Shown in pieces: positions 1 to 9,995 of a stretch of DNA of 64,000 nt. Source of the stretch: an uncultured Chloroflexia bacterium (GTDB lineage: Bacteria; Chloroflexota; Limnocylindria; Limnocylindrales; CSP1-4); contig CAVVPT010000011.1 of the NCBI GenBank assembly GCA_963750125.1, positions 261,710 to 325,709 of the forward strand, given 5' to 3'. Below the pieces are notes generated by a model. It did no database searches. It saw only the letters and a program-made list of their open reading frames with translations, and was not told the origin of the DNA. A program made the position numbers and the translations under genes. Position 1 is the first letter of the stretch, and every line of letters starts with the position of its first letter.

Positions 1-7
1 CAGCCGC

Positions 8-559
8 ATGACCGTCGATGGCGTCCCGATCCAGCTCCTCGTCAACGGGCGCGAGCGCACGCCCGCCGTCGCACCGCATCACACGCTGCTCGACGTGCTG
101 CGCGCGGACCTCGGCCTGACCGGGACCAAGGAGTGCTGCCTGGTCGGCGAGTGCGGCGCATGCACGGTCCTGGTCGACGACCGCAGTGTCGACGCCTGTC
201 TCGTGCTCGCGGCGGAGATGGACGGCGCCCGGATCACGACCGTCGAAGGGCTCGCGGTCGGCGGCGAGCTGAGCCCGCTCCAGCAGGCGTTTCTCGATAC
301 GTCGGCGGCCCAGTGCGGGTTCTGCATCCCGGGCCAGCTCCTCTCGGCACAGGCCCTGCTCGATCGCGTACCGCATCCGACGCGCGCGGAGGTGGAGGAA
401 GGCCTGGCTGGCAACTACTGTCGGTGTGCCGGCTACGAGCAGATCTTCGAGGCCGTACTGGCCGCCGCAGAGGCGGCGCCCGGAACCCAGGCGCGCGCCG
501 CTGTGCCCGAGATCGGCGACCGATCGTCGACACCGGATGCCGAGGTGGCGCCGCAATGA
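8..559 (+). CDS. (2Fe-2S)-binding small subunit of a xanthine dehydrogenase / CO dehydrogenase family molybdoenzyme
   Basis: 183-aa ORF with two Cys clusters typical of CoxS-like proteins (CLVGECGACTV...C and CGFCIPG...CRCAGY). Its stop overlaps the next start (ATGA at 556-559). Confidence 0.9.
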   Translation: MTVDGVPIQLLVNGRERTPAVAPHHTLLDVLRADLGLTGTKECCLVGECGACTVLVDDRSVDACLVLAAEMDGARITTVEGLAVGGELSPLQQAFLDTSAAQCGFCIPGQLLSAQALLDRVPHPTRAEVEEGLAGNYCRCAGYEQIFEAVLAAAEAAPGTQARAAVPEIGDRSSTPDAEVAPQ

Positions 560-2802
560 CCGTCGGTGAGTCTCCGGCGCGCGTCGGCGGGGTCGAGCGG
601 GTGACAGGTCGGCAGCAATACGTTGCGGACATCCACCTCGAGGACGTGCTCCACGTGAAGCTCGTCGTGCTCGATGTGGCGCGGGCGCGGATCCACTCGA
701 TCGACACGGGTGCTGCCATGGCCGTGCCCGGCGTCCGGCTCGTGATGACCGCCGCGGATCTCCCTGACCCGATGCCGCGCTTCGGCCCACAGCTCCGCGA
801 CCGGCCCGTGCTCGCGATTGGCGAGACGAAGTTCCACGGCGACCCGGTGGCCGCGGTTGCCGCGGATTCGCTCGACGCCGCCGAGGAGGGTGCCCGGCTA
901 GTGGCGGTCGATTTCGAGGAGCTGCCCGCGGTCCACACGGTCGCCGCGGCGCGCGCCGCGGATGCCGCGCTGGTCCAGGACCGCTCGCTCCGGCCGAACG
1001 ACCCGCTCGCGGGCACGAACGTCCTCCGCGAGCACCACTACGCCTGGGGTGATTTCGAGGTCGCCGAACACGATGCCGAGGTCGTGGTCGAGGGAAGCTA
1101 CACGTTCCCGATGGTCACCCAGTTCGCGATCGAGCCACATGCGTTCATGGCCGCGCCGAACGGCGACGGGATCGCGGTCTGGAGCGCGATCCAGCACCCG
1201 AACTGGCTCCAGCGAGTGATCGCCGACCTCGTCCGCCTGCCGCTGTCGAAGGTGCGGATCATCGCTCCCGATCCGGGCGGTGGGTTCGGCGGCAAGCAGC
1301 ACGCCAAGTACGAGCCGCTGGTCGCGTTCATGGCGGTAAGGCTCGGCAGGCCGGTCCGCCTCGTGCTGACCCTCGAGGAGACGTTCCAGGCGGTGCGCCG
1401 GGGAGCGGCCGAGATCCGCGTGCGTTCCGGTTTCACGCGCGACGGCACGCTGGTGTTCCGCGACATCGACGCCGACTACCTGATTGGGGCCTACGCCGAC
1501 ATCGCCGACCGGACCGTCGCCAAAGGCAGCTACACGTCCAGTGGCCCGTATTGCTGCCCCGCGGTCCGGATCGTCGCGCGGAGCGTCCTGTCACATACCG
1601 TCCCCTCGACCGCGTTTCGCGGGTTCGGCAACCCGCAACAGATCTGGGCGACCGAATCGAACATGGACGAGGCGGCGCGCCAGCTCGGCATCGACCCGCT
1701 CGAGCTGCGGCTGCGCAACCTGGCCCGGACCGGCGACGCGTTCATCCCCGGGGACACGCCGGCCGACGGGGAGTGGCCCGAGGCCCTTCGCCGCGCCGCC
1801 GAGCTGATCGGCTGGGGGAGCCCGCCGCCGGTGGGTCGCGGCCGTGGGATCGCCGTCGGGCTCAAGGAGGGCCCGACAACCGGGCTCTCGTATTCGACGG
1901 TCCGCCTGCTGGCCGACGGCAGCGTCGTCGTGTACGCCGGCACCTCGGACATGGGCCAGGGCGCGCGCACGATCTTCGCGCAGATCGCGGCCGGTGAGCT
2001 CGGCGCGCCGATCGACTGGGTGACGGTCGTGATGGGCGACACCGCGGTGGTGCCGTACGACCAGCAGACCTCGGCGAGCCGCTCGTCGGTGCTGATGGGG
2101 AACGCGGTGCTCAACGCGTGCCGCGACGTCCAGGCGAAGCTGCAGGTCATGGCCGCTCGAATTGAAGGCTTCGACGAGGCCGCGATCACCGTGGACGGGG
2201 GCGTCGTAACACTGCCCGATCGCCGCGAGCTCCCGATCCGCGATGTGCTCGTCCGCGGGCTCGGTCGGCTCGGAGGGGAGGTCATCGGGGTCGGCGAGAT
2301 GCGCAAGGAAGCGCAGCCCGACCACCCGCTCGGCGGGACCGCCGCGTTCTACGAATTCAATGCGACAGCGGTCGAAGTGGAGGTCGATCGTGACACCGGT
2401 GATGTCACGGTTGTCCGACACGTGACGGTGTCCGATGTCGGGAAGGCACTCCACCCGGGCCAGGTGCGCGGGCAGGACGAGGGCGCCGCGGTCATGGGCC
2501 TTGGCCACACACTGATGGAGCACTACATCTACGACGACCGCGGCCGCCTGCGGAACCTCGGCGCGATCGACTACCGCATCCCGACGAGCATGGACCTGCC
2601 GCTGTCGATGGAGAGCGACGCGATCGAGAACGCCGATGGGCCCGGCCCGTACGGTGCCAAGGGCATGAGCGAGGGGGCGCTCCTGTGCGTGGCGCCGGCG
2701 GTCGCCGCGGCAGTCCGTGACGCGACCGGGGTCGTGATCCGGGACCTGCCGATCACCCCGGAGCGGGTCTGGCGAGCGCTCCAGGAGGAGGTCCCCGGTT
2801 GA
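556..2802 (+). CDS. Molybdopterin-binding large subunit (xanthine dehydrogenase / aldehyde oxidoreductase family)
   Basis: In-frame ATG at 556 inside ORF 133..2802. The N-terminus MTVGESPARVGGVERVTGRQQYVADI and the rest of the translation are family-typical over about 750 aa. No FAD (medium) subunit lies downstream. Confidence 0.9.
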   Translation: MTVGESPARVGGVERVTGRQQYVADIHLEDVLHVKLVVLDVARARIHSIDTGAAMAVPGVRLVMTAADLPDPMPRFGPQLRDRPVLAIGETKFHGDPVAAVAADSLDAAEEGARLVAVDFEELPAVHTVAAARAADAALVQDRSLRPNDPLAGTNVLREHHYAWGDFEVAEHDAEVVVEGSYTFPMVTQFAIEPHAFMAAPNGDGIAVWSAIQHPNWLQRVIADLVRLPLSKVRIIAPDPGGGFGGKQHAKYEPLVAFMAVRLGRPVRLVLTLEETFQAVRRGAAEIRVRSGFTRDGTLVFRDIDADYLIGAYADIADRTVAKGSYTSSGPYCCPAVRIVARSVLSHTVPSTAFRGFGNPQQIWATESNMDEAARQLGIDPLELRLRNLARTGDAFIPGDTPADGEWPEALRRAAELIGWGSPPPVGRGRGIAVGLKEGPTTGLSYSTVRLLADGSVVVYAGTSDMGQGARTIFAQIAAGELGAPIDWVTVVMGDTAVVPYDQQTSASRSSVLMGNAVLNACRDVQAKLQVMAARIEGFDEAAITVDGGVVTLPDRRELPIRDVLVRGLGRLGGEVIGVGEMRKEAQPDHPLGGTAAFYEFNATAVEVEVDRDTGDVTVVRHVTVSDVGKALHPGQVRGQDEGAAVMGLGHTLMEHYIYDDRGRLRNLGAIDYRIPTSMDLPLSMESDAIENADGPGPYGAKGMSEGALLCVAPAVAAAVRDATGVVIRDLPITPERVWRALQEEVPG

Positions 2803-4874
2803 CTTGGGTGGTCGCGCTCGTCGACGCTCGCGATCCGTCGCTGGTGGGGGGCAAGGCCGCCAATCTCGGCGTGATGGCGAGCGACCTCGGCCTGCCCGTG
2901 CCGCCCGGCTTCGCGATCACCACCGAGGCATGTCGGGCCTACCTTGCGGGTGGCTGGCCTGAGGGCCTCGACGACGAGATCAGGGCAGGGATGGGCGCGA
3001 TCGAAACCGCGATCGGTCGTCGCTTCGGCGAGGCTTCGGATCCGCTGCTCGTCAGCGTTCGTTCGGGCGCGCCGGTGTCGATGCCCGGGATGATGGACAC
3101 GATCCTCAACCTCGGTCTTGGGCCCGAGACGATCGGCGCGTTCGCCGCCGTGTGCCGCGCGCGCCTCGAGGCGATGTTCCGTGAGACCGTCGGCTCCGAG
3201 GTCCCCGACGACCCGTGGGTGCAGCTCCGGCAGGCGATTGAGGCGGTCTTCCGGTCATGGAACGGCGATCGGGCGCGCGCCTACCGCTCGAAGGAGGGCA
3301 TTCCGGACGATCTCGGGACGGGAGTCGTTATCCAGGCGATGGTGTTCGGAAACCGCGGCCCGAATTCGGGGACCGGCGTGCTCTTCACGCGGAATCCGGC
3401 AACCGGCGAGCGCGCGCTGTACGGCGACGTGATGTTCGACGCGCAGGGCGAAGACGTCGTCGCCGGCACGCACGCGACCGAACCGATCTCCGCGCTCGAC
3501 GAGCGCATGCCCGCCGTCGCCGGGGACGTGCGCGCCTACGCCGACCGGCTCGAGCGCCACTACGCCGACATGTGCGACATCGAGTTCACGATCGAGGACG
3601 GTCGCCTGTGGCTGCTCCAGGTCCGCGTCGGCAAGCGCAGCCCGCAGGCCGCACTGCGGATCGCCGTCGACATGGCGGAGGACGGGTCGTTCCCACTCTC
3701 CCGGTCCCACGCCGTGGAGCGCGTGCGACCGCTGCTCGCCAACCCGCCCGTGCGCGCCACGAGCCGAAGCAGCATCCTCCGGCCGCTGATCACCGGGCTG
3801 CCCGCCTCGCCGGGGACCGCCAGCGGCGAGATCGCCACGACGCCCGAGGCCGCCGTCGAGCGGGCCGGCGCGGGGCGTCCTGTCATCCTCGTTCGCTCGG
3901 AGACATCCCCGGACGACGTCCACGGCATGGCGAAGGCTGCCGGGATCCTGACCGCGAAGGGCGGCCTGGCCAGCCATGCCGCCGTCGTTGCCCGCGGCTG
4001 GGGGATCCCCGCGGTGGTTGGCGCGTCGGCGGTGCAGGTCGGTGATCGGTGGGTGGCGATCGGCGATCGACGCTTCCGGGCCGGCGACACGATCACAATC
4101 GACGGTGGCTCCGGCGAAGTGTTCGAGGGCGCGATCCCCGGCACAACCGAGCCCGTGCCCGAGGCCGCCATCCTCCTCGGCTGGGCCCGCGAGCTCGGCA
4201 TCCCGGTCAACGAGGAGGTGAGCCCGGGATCGGCACCGCCGCCCGGGACTGACGCCCTCGCGCGCAGGGCATCCGTCGACGACCTCATCCGCGCGCTCGG
4301 CATCAAGGGGTTCGCGACGGCCCAGGGCGCCGCCGACGCCCTTGCGTCGACGCCGGACCAGGTCCAGCCGCTGCTCGATGATCTCGTCGTCGACGGGCTT
4401 GTGGCATCGATGGCCGGCGCCTACCGCCTCACCGACACCGGCAAGGGGCGCGCCTCGGACCTCGTGCAGGCGGAGCGGACGAGATGGGGAGCAGCGGCCG
4501 GCGCCGCGCTCGACGCATTCCTCGCGCTCGACCAGCGGATGAAGGAGACCGTGACCGCCTGGCAGCTCAAGGCGCCCGACGTCGTCAACGACCACACCGA
4601 TACCGACTACGACCGCGGCGTGCTGGACCGGCTGGCGGCACTCCACGGGGAGGCCGCCGCGTTCCTGGACGCCAATGCGGGCGGCTCACCGCGACTCGCG
4701 ACCTACCGCGAGCGACTCACCAGCGCGCTCGATCAGGCCGTCGACGGGGATGGCCGCTTCGTGGCCTCACCGCGAGTGGACTCCTATCACGGCGTCTGGT
4801 TCGAACTCCACGAGGACCTGATCCAGCTCGCCGGCCGGACTCGCGAGGACGAGGTCGCCGCCGGTCGGGCTTAG
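2799..4874 (+). CDS. PEP-utilising phosphotransferase, PPDK N-terminal ATP-grasp plus swivel His domain, with an unassigned ~200-aa C-terminal region in place of the TIM-barrel domain
   Basis: N-terminus GGKAANLGVM...PPGFAITTEAC. Mobile His domain SETSPDDVHGMAKAAGILTAKGGLASHAAVVARGWGIPAVVG. The C-terminal 200 aa resemble a winged-helix segment plus helical region rather than a PEP/pyruvate barrel. TTG start overlaps the upstream stop. Confidence 0.8.
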   Translation: MTWVVALVDARDPSLVGGKAANLGVMASDLGLPVPPGFAITTEACRAYLAGGWPEGLDDEIRAGMGAIETAIGRRFGEASDPLLVSVRSGAPVSMPGMMDTILNLGLGPETIGAFAAVCRARLEAMFRETVGSEVPDDPWVQLRQAIEAVFRSWNGDRARAYRSKEGIPDDLGTGVVIQAMVFGNRGPNSGTGVLFTRNPATGERALYGDVMFDAQGEDVVAGTHATEPISALDERMPAVAGDVRAYADRLERHYADMCDIEFTIEDGRLWLLQVRVGKRSPQAALRIAVDMAEDGSFPLSRSHAVERVRPLLANPPVRATSRSSILRPLITGLPASPGTASGEIATTPEAAVERAGAGRPVILVRSETSPDDVHGMAKAAGILTAKGGLASHAAVVARGWGIPAVVGASAVQVGDRWVAIGDRRFRAGDTITIDGGSGEVFEGAIPGTTEPVPEAAILLGWARELGIPVNEEVSPGSAPPPGTDALARRASVDDLIRALGIKGFATAQGAADALASTPDQVQPLLDDLVVDGLVASMAGAYRLTDTGKGRASDLVQAERTRWGAAAGAALDAFLALDQRMKETVTAWQLKAPDVVNDHTDTDYDRGVLDRLAALHGEAAAFLDANAGGSPRLATYRERLTSALDQAVDGDGRFVASPRVDSYHGVWFELHEDLIQLAGRTREDEVAAGRA

Positions 4875-5758
4875 CGGCCCTTTTCGTAGTTCAGGGCGGT
4901 CAGCTTGTCCCAGAGCGAGCCGGCGTTGTTGTTCTGGATGTGATCCATCATGTACGCCTGCCCGACGTCCACTGGGCCGAACCTCTCGTCGAACCGAACC
5001 CGTTCGATCGTCTCCTCTCGGGTCCAGCCCTTCGCGACGGCCTCGGCGACCGCGCCCTTCCACTGCAGCAGCACCTGGCGCTGCGTGTGGATGTAGTCGA
5101 GCGTCACGACGGGGCCATGACCGGGCACGACGTGATCGACGTCCGCCAGCGCGCGGATCCGTTCGAGCGCCTCGATCCACTGGTCGACGTTCGACGTCAT
5201 CAGCCAGGTCTGGCAGCCCGAGAAGATCGTGTCGCCGGTGAAGACGACCCGCTCCTCGGGGACGTGCACGGCAAGCTGGCCGGGCGTATGGCCGGGCGTC
5301 CAAAGGCAATGGATCGTATGGTCGCCCACCTTCAGCGTCAGATCGCCGGTGAAGACGACCGTTCCGCGGGGCAGGTCGGCGTAGTAGGCGTCGCGGTCAG
5401 GGAGGAGCGCCGCCCCCTCGGGATCGTCGGTCGGGATCGCTTCGAGCGCGTATTCGAACGGGTCGAGGGCCGCCTTCGGGTCCATGAAGATGTCCCACAG
5501 CGCCTTGTGGTTGACGATCTCGCCGGCGTCGCGGAACCAGTAGTTGCCGAAGATGTGGTCGACGTGGTTCTCGGTGTTGATCAGGTAGCGGATCGGGCCG
5601 TGCGACTCGGCCTCCTCCCGCATCGCGACGGCCTTCGTCGGCAGCGCGGGGTGTCGACGACGACCACGCCTGCCGAGGTGACCACGAAGCTCGGGTTGCA
5701 GCCGCGCAGCTTCGTCGTCGTGAAGACGTTCGGCGTGACCTGCTCCATCATCGACATC
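4871..5758 (-). CDS. MBL-fold metallo-hydrolase (one frame break near 5,650)
   Basis: ORF 4871..5623 carries ENHVDH and HTPGQ motifs. The N-terminal 35 aa (MSMMEQVTPNVFTTTKLRGCNPSFVVTSAGVVVVDTP) lie in another frame. AAGGAGG sits 12 nt upstream of ATG 5758. Confidence 0.8.
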   Translation of the reverse strand, partial: DVDDGAGHAERLHDDEAARLQPELRGHLGRRGRRRHPALPTKAVAMREEAESHGPIRYLINTENHVDHIFGNYWFRDAGEIVNHKALWDIFMDPKAALDPFEYALEAIPTDDPEGAALLPDRDAYYADLPRGTVVFTGDLTLKVGDHTIHCLWTPGHTPGQLAVHVPEERVVFTGDTIFSGCQTWLMTSNVDQWIEALERIRALADVDHVVPGHGPVVTLDYIHTQRQVLLQWKGAVAEAVAKGWTREETIERVRFDERFGPVDVGQAYMMDHIQNNNAGSLWDKLTALNYEKGR

Positions 5759-5773
5759 GCTGATCGGTCCTCC

Positions 5774-6561
5774 TTACTGCGTCGCGGTCAAACCGCCGTC
5801 GATGCCGAAGAATCTGACCGGTCACGAACGAGGCCGCGTCGGAGCAGAGGAAGATCGCGGGACCGACCAGGTCGCTCGTCTCACCAACGCGGCGCAGCGG
5901 GATACGGTTGACGATGCCGGCCTTGAAGTCAGGGTCGCCCAGCAGCGTCGCGACCTGCGGCGTGTCGACGAAGGTCGGCTGGATCGCGTTGACCCGGATG
6001 CCGTACTTCGCCCACTCGGTCGCCCACTGGCGGGTCAGTGACGCGATCGCGCCCTTGGCCGCGACATAGGCCGAGTAGCCGGCGTTGATGCCGAGATCCG
6101 CACGGACCGACGTGAGATTGAGCACCGCGCCGCCGTTGCCGGCCTCGATCATTGCCCGCGCGGCGGCCATCGTGGGGACGATCGTGCTTCGGACATTGAG
6201 CTCCATGATCCAGTCCCATGCCTCGCGCGGGTAGGCCTCGGCGGGGTTGAGGACCTGGCCGGCGCCACCACCCACGGCATTGATGACGATGTCGAGCGCG
6301 CCCGAAGCGGTCGACGGTCTCCCTGACGATCCGGTCGGCATCGGCCTCGTCCGTCGCATCGCCGGTGATGGAAATGCCGTCCGAGCCGGCGGCCGCGACA
6401 CGTTCAACAGCCGCATCAAGCGTCTCCCGGGTACGGCCGCTGACGGCGACGCGCGCCCCAGCGCCCGCGAGCCCCTCTGCCAGGGCCGAGCCGATCGCGC
6501 CGCCACCGCCCGGGATGAGGGCGACGCGGCCGTCCAGGCGGAACGTGTCGAGCGCGGTCAT
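5774..6561 (-). CDS. SDR-family oxidoreductase (frame breaks near 6,300 and 5,790)
   Basis: The N-terminus GRVALIPGGGGAIGSAL (ORF 5929..6636), the core NLTSV...YSAYVAAKGA (ORF 5748..6506) and the tail GIDGGLTATQ-stop each lie in a different frame. Confidence 0.8.
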
Positions 6562-6582
6562 CGGGCTCCCATTGACGTTTGA

Positions 6583-6598
6583 TCGATTATCGAGGATA
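6583..6598 (-). promoter_or_regulatory. Candidate -10 (TGCTATCCT on the minus strand) followed by the 11-bp palindrome TCGATTATCGA, upstream of the SDR-MBL pair
   Basis: Seen directly. The palindrome spans 6583-6593 and the reverse complement of TATCCT spans 6593-6598, about 30 nt upstream of start 6561, which has a GGAG Shine-Dalgarno. Confidence 0.3.
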
Positions 6599-6813
6599 GC
6601 ACCGGAGAGAGTCTTTCGGGCTCTGGGCATGGCCAATCATCAGCCCTCGTCATCAAGTCACGACTTTGTGGCTCGGCTCGGCCTTGCTTGGTTGCCAGAT
6701 ACCACCGGGGCTGATTGTTGGCCAGGCGATCGGTCGGTTTCAGCGGTGGGACTCGGCCTTTGATTACTCCGGCTGATATCTGGCAGCGAACAGGGCGTCG
6801 AACGCTGCAACCC

Positions 6814-6844
6814 TTGACGGCGCCCCACAGCAAACGATTACTAT
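6814..6844 (+). promoter_or_regulatory. Candidate sigma70-type promoter for the DHDPS-like gene
   Basis: TTGACG (6814-6819), a 17-nt spacer, then ATTACT / TACTAT. GGAGG lies 7 nt before ATG 6876. Confidence 0.35.
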
Positions 6845-6875
6845 GGACGCCCTCACCACACGGCGGAGGCACCCG

Positions 6876-7814
6876 ATGACCCTGGATCTCGACGGCCTCA
6901 TTCCCGCCACCGTTCTGCCGATGCATGCCGATGGCGGTATCGACGAAGCGGCCCTCCGGTCGTACATCGGGTGGGTCGCTGCGCAGGGCCCGGTCGCCCT
7001 CGCGATCAACGTCGACACCGGTGAAGGACCCCATCTCACGCACGACGAGAAGGTCCGGATCATCAAGGTCGTCCGCGAGGTGACCGACCTCCCGATCGTG
7101 GCCGGGCTCGCCGGGCCGTCCACCGACGCGGCCGTCCGCCAGGCCCGCGACTTCCGCGCTGCCGGCGCCGATGCCCTGCTCGTCTTCCCGATCCCGGCCT
7201 ACCTGAGCTCGCCGCTCAACCCCGCCGTCCCGGTCGCGTACCACACCGCGATCGCCGAGGTTGGCCTCCCGCTGATCCTGTTCCAGCTCCAGCCTGCGCT
7301 CGCCGGCGTGAACTTCGAGAACGACGTCCTGCAGGCGATGGCCGAAGTCGATGGGGTCGTGGCCATCAAGGAGGCGTCGTTCGATGCCCGCCGCTTCGTT
7401 GACACCGCCCGGCTGCTCGAACAGCTACCGAAGAGGATCACGCTCCTCACCGGCAACGACAACTTCATCCTCGAGTCGTTCCTGCTCGGCGCGACGGGCG
7501 CGCTGATCGGGTTCGGCGCGGTCATGACCCGCGAACAGGCGGACATGATCCGGGCGTGGCAGGAAGGCAGGACGGACGACGCGACAGCACTCGGGCGCCG
7601 CGTGCAGCGCCTCGCGGACGTCGTGTTTGCGGCCCCGGTCGGCGATTACCGCGTACGGCTCAAGGAATGCCTCCGGATCCTCGGGGTGCTCGAGGCCGCC
7701 TATGTCCGCCGCCCGCTGCTGCCGATCACGGATGCGGAGCGTGCCCACCTCAGAGACGTCCTCAAGGAGGTCGGCCTGCTGCGTGAACCGGTCAGCGCCG
7801 GCCGCGTCGACTGA
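6876..7814 (+). CDS. Dihydrodipicolinate synthase / N-acetylneuraminate lyase family class I aldolase
   Basis: ORF 6843..7814. The start was chosen at the Shine-Dalgarno-preceded ATG 6876. The translation looks DapA-like throughout. Confidence 0.8.
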   Translation: MTLDLDGLIPATVLPMHADGGIDEAALRSYIGWVAAQGPVALAINVDTGEGPHLTHDEKVRIIKVVREVTDLPIVAGLAGPSTDAAVRQARDFRAAGADALLVFPIPAYLSSPLNPAVPVAYHTAIAEVGLPLILFQLQPALAGVNFENDVLQAMAEVDGVVAIKEASFDARRFVDTARLLEQLPKRITLLTGNDNFILESFLLGATGALIGFGAVMTREQADMIRAWQEGRTDDATALGRRVQRLADVVFAAPVGDYRVRLKECLRILGVLEAAYVRRPLLPITDAERAHLRDVLKEVGLLREPVSAGRVD

Positions 7815-9427
7815 TGGGGACCGAACCAGCTGACGTCCTGATCATCGGGGCGGGCGCATCGGGCGGGGTCGTCGCCAAGCGCCTGACCGAAGCAGGATTT
7901 AGCGTCGTATGCCTCGAGCAGGGCGACTGGCTCGACCGTGCCGACTATCCGGGCAACAAGCTCGACTGGGAGCTGAAGGCCCGCAAGGAGTGGGCGACGA
8001 GCCCGAACATCCGCCGACTCCCGCAGGACTACCCGATCGTCGAGGACGACACGCCGGTCTCGCCACTCATGTACAACGCGGTCGGCGGCTCGACGATCAT
8101 CTTCGCCGGCGCCTGGCCGCGCGCGCTTCCGTCCGACTTTCGCGTGCGGTCCCTCGATGGCATCGCCGACGACTGGCCGATCGACTATTTCGAGCTTCTG
8201 CCGTATTTCTACCGGACCGACCGCGACTTCGGCGTGTCAGGGTTGCCGGGCGACCCGGCCTACCCGCCCGACACCGAGGATGCGCCGATGCCGCCGCTAC
8301 CGATCGGGTCGGCCGGGCTCAAGGTGGCGCGCGGCATGACCAAGCTGGGCTGGCACTGGTGGCCGGAGTTCAACTCGATCAACTCGGTCACCTACGACGG
8401 TCGGCGGCCGTGCGTCCAGCGCAGCACGTGTCAGTCCGGCTGCAACGAGGGCGCGAAGGCGTCGACCGACCTGACCCACTGGCCGAAGGCGATCGCAAGG
8501 GGCGCCCGCCTGGTGACGGGGGCGCGGGTCCGGCGCATCGAGACCGACAAGCAGGGCCTCGCCACGGGCGCGACCTGGATCGACCGGGACGGCGCCGAAC
8601 ATTTCGAGCCCGCCAGGGTGGTGGTCGTCGCGGCGAATGCGATCGGCACGCCCCGGTTGCTGCTGCTCTCCGACTCGCCGGCCCACCCTGACGGCCTGGG
8701 AAACTCGTCCGGACTCGTCGGCAAGCGCCTGATGATGCATCCGTTCGCCAACGTCGCCGGGCTGTTCGAGGAGCCGTTGATGAGCTGGCAGGGCCAGTTC
8801 GGCGACCTCATCGAGTCGCTCGAGTTCTACGAGACCGACGAGAAGCGCGGCTTCGTCCGCGGGGCTCGCTGGGGCCTCGCACCCACGGGCGGGCCGATCA
8901 ACACGGCGCTGCCGAGCCGGGCCGGCGAGCAGATCTGGGGCGCCGGGCACCACGCGCACGTCCGGACGCATCTCGGCCACGGCGCCAACTGGGGCCTGTT
9001 CGCCGAGGATCTGCCCGACGAGGAAAACCGCATCACGCTCTCCTCGGAGGTCAATGACTCCTCGGGCATCCCGGCCCCCGAGGTCCACTACTCGATGGCC
9101 GACAACGCCCGCCGGATGCTCGACTTCCACATCGAGCGCGCCACGGAATCGATGGAGGCCGCCGGCGCCTACAAGATCGAGGTCGACCGGCTGATGCGCT
9201 ACTCCGGCTGGCATTTGCTCGGTACCGCTCGCATGGGCGACGACCCGAAGACGTCGGTGCTGGACCGCTGGAACCGCGCGCACGACGTCCCGAACCTGTA
9301 CGTCGTCGACGGCTCGTGCTTCGTGACCTCGTCCGGCGTGAACCCCACATCGACGATCGTCGCGATCGCGCTGCGGGCGGCTGAGCACATGGTCGAGACG
9401 CGCTTCGAGCAGCAGGTGCCGGCATGA
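7814..9427 (+). CDS. GMC-family FAD-dependent oxidoreductase
   Basis: The N-terminus DVLIIGAGASGGVVAKRL contains GxGxxG. The C-terminus HLLGTARMG...NLYVVDGSCFVTSSGVNPTSTIVAIALR is family-typical. TGATG overlap with the upstream gene. Confidence 0.9.
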   Translation: MGTEPADVLIIGAGASGGVVAKRLTEAGFSVVCLEQGDWLDRADYPGNKLDWELKARKEWATSPNIRRLPQDYPIVEDDTPVSPLMYNAVGGSTIIFAGAWPRALPSDFRVRSLDGIADDWPIDYFELLPYFYRTDRDFGVSGLPGDPAYPPDTEDAPMPPLPIGSAGLKVARGMTKLGWHWWPEFNSINSVTYDGRRPCVQRSTCQSGCNEGAKASTDLTHWPKAIARGARLVTGARVRRIETDKQGLATGATWIDRDGAEHFEPARVVVVAANAIGTPRLLLLSDSPAHPDGLGNSSGLVGKRLMMHPFANVAGLFEEPLMSWQGQFGDLIESLEFYETDEKRGFVRGARWGLAPTGGPINTALPSRAGEQIWGAGHHAHVRTHLGHGANWGLFAEDLPDEENRITLSSEVNDSSGIPAPEVHYSMADNARRMLDFHIERATESMEAAGAYKIEVDRLMRYSGWHLLGTARMGDDPKTSVLDRWNRAHDVPNLYVVDGSCFVTSSGVNPTSTIVAIALRAAEHMVETRFEQQVPA

Positions 9428-9995
9428 CCCAGGAGACCGGAGCCCCCACGGACCTCGAAGGCGGCATGCCGGCGACGACCGGCGCGCGCGGGATCGCCCG
9501 CGCTCGAAGACCGGGAGCGAGCGACATTCGCCGCGATCGCCGACCACCTCATTCCCGCTGTCGCCGATATGCCGTCCGCAGCCGACGTCGTGACCGTTGA
9601 CCGGCTCGGGTTCGTGCTCCGCGCGCGGCCCGACCTGGCGAAGCCGCTGAAGGCCGCGCTGCGAGCCAACCTGGGCGGGGACGTCGAGGAGCGTCTCGAA
9701 CGCCTCGCCGCGGAGCCGTCGAACCTGTCGGCGCTCCAGCTGTCGATTGTCGGTGGCTACTACACCGATCGCCGCGTCCGGGAGCTGATCGGGTATCCCG
9801 GGCAGATGGCCATCGAGCTGCGCTCGTGGGAATACCCGGCCTATCTCGAGGAAGGTCTGATCGATGCCGTGCTGGCCCGCGGACCGATATGGCGCGACCC
9901 GTCGACCGGACAGCGTGCCGTCGTCAGCGATGCGCCGCGGACCTACGCAGGCGCGCTTCTCGGCCGCAGGCGAGAAGCCCGAAGGAGAACACTGA
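9424..9995 (+). CDS. Gluconate 2-dehydrogenase subunit 3-like small subunit (frame break near 9,485, possibly another near 9,960)
   Basis: ATG 9424 overlaps the GMC stop. The family-typical LEDRERATFAAIADHLIPAVADMPSA...IVGGYYTD lies in the next frame. A TGA at 9993-9995 that overlaps the ALDH ATG is in a third frame. Confidence 0.6.
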
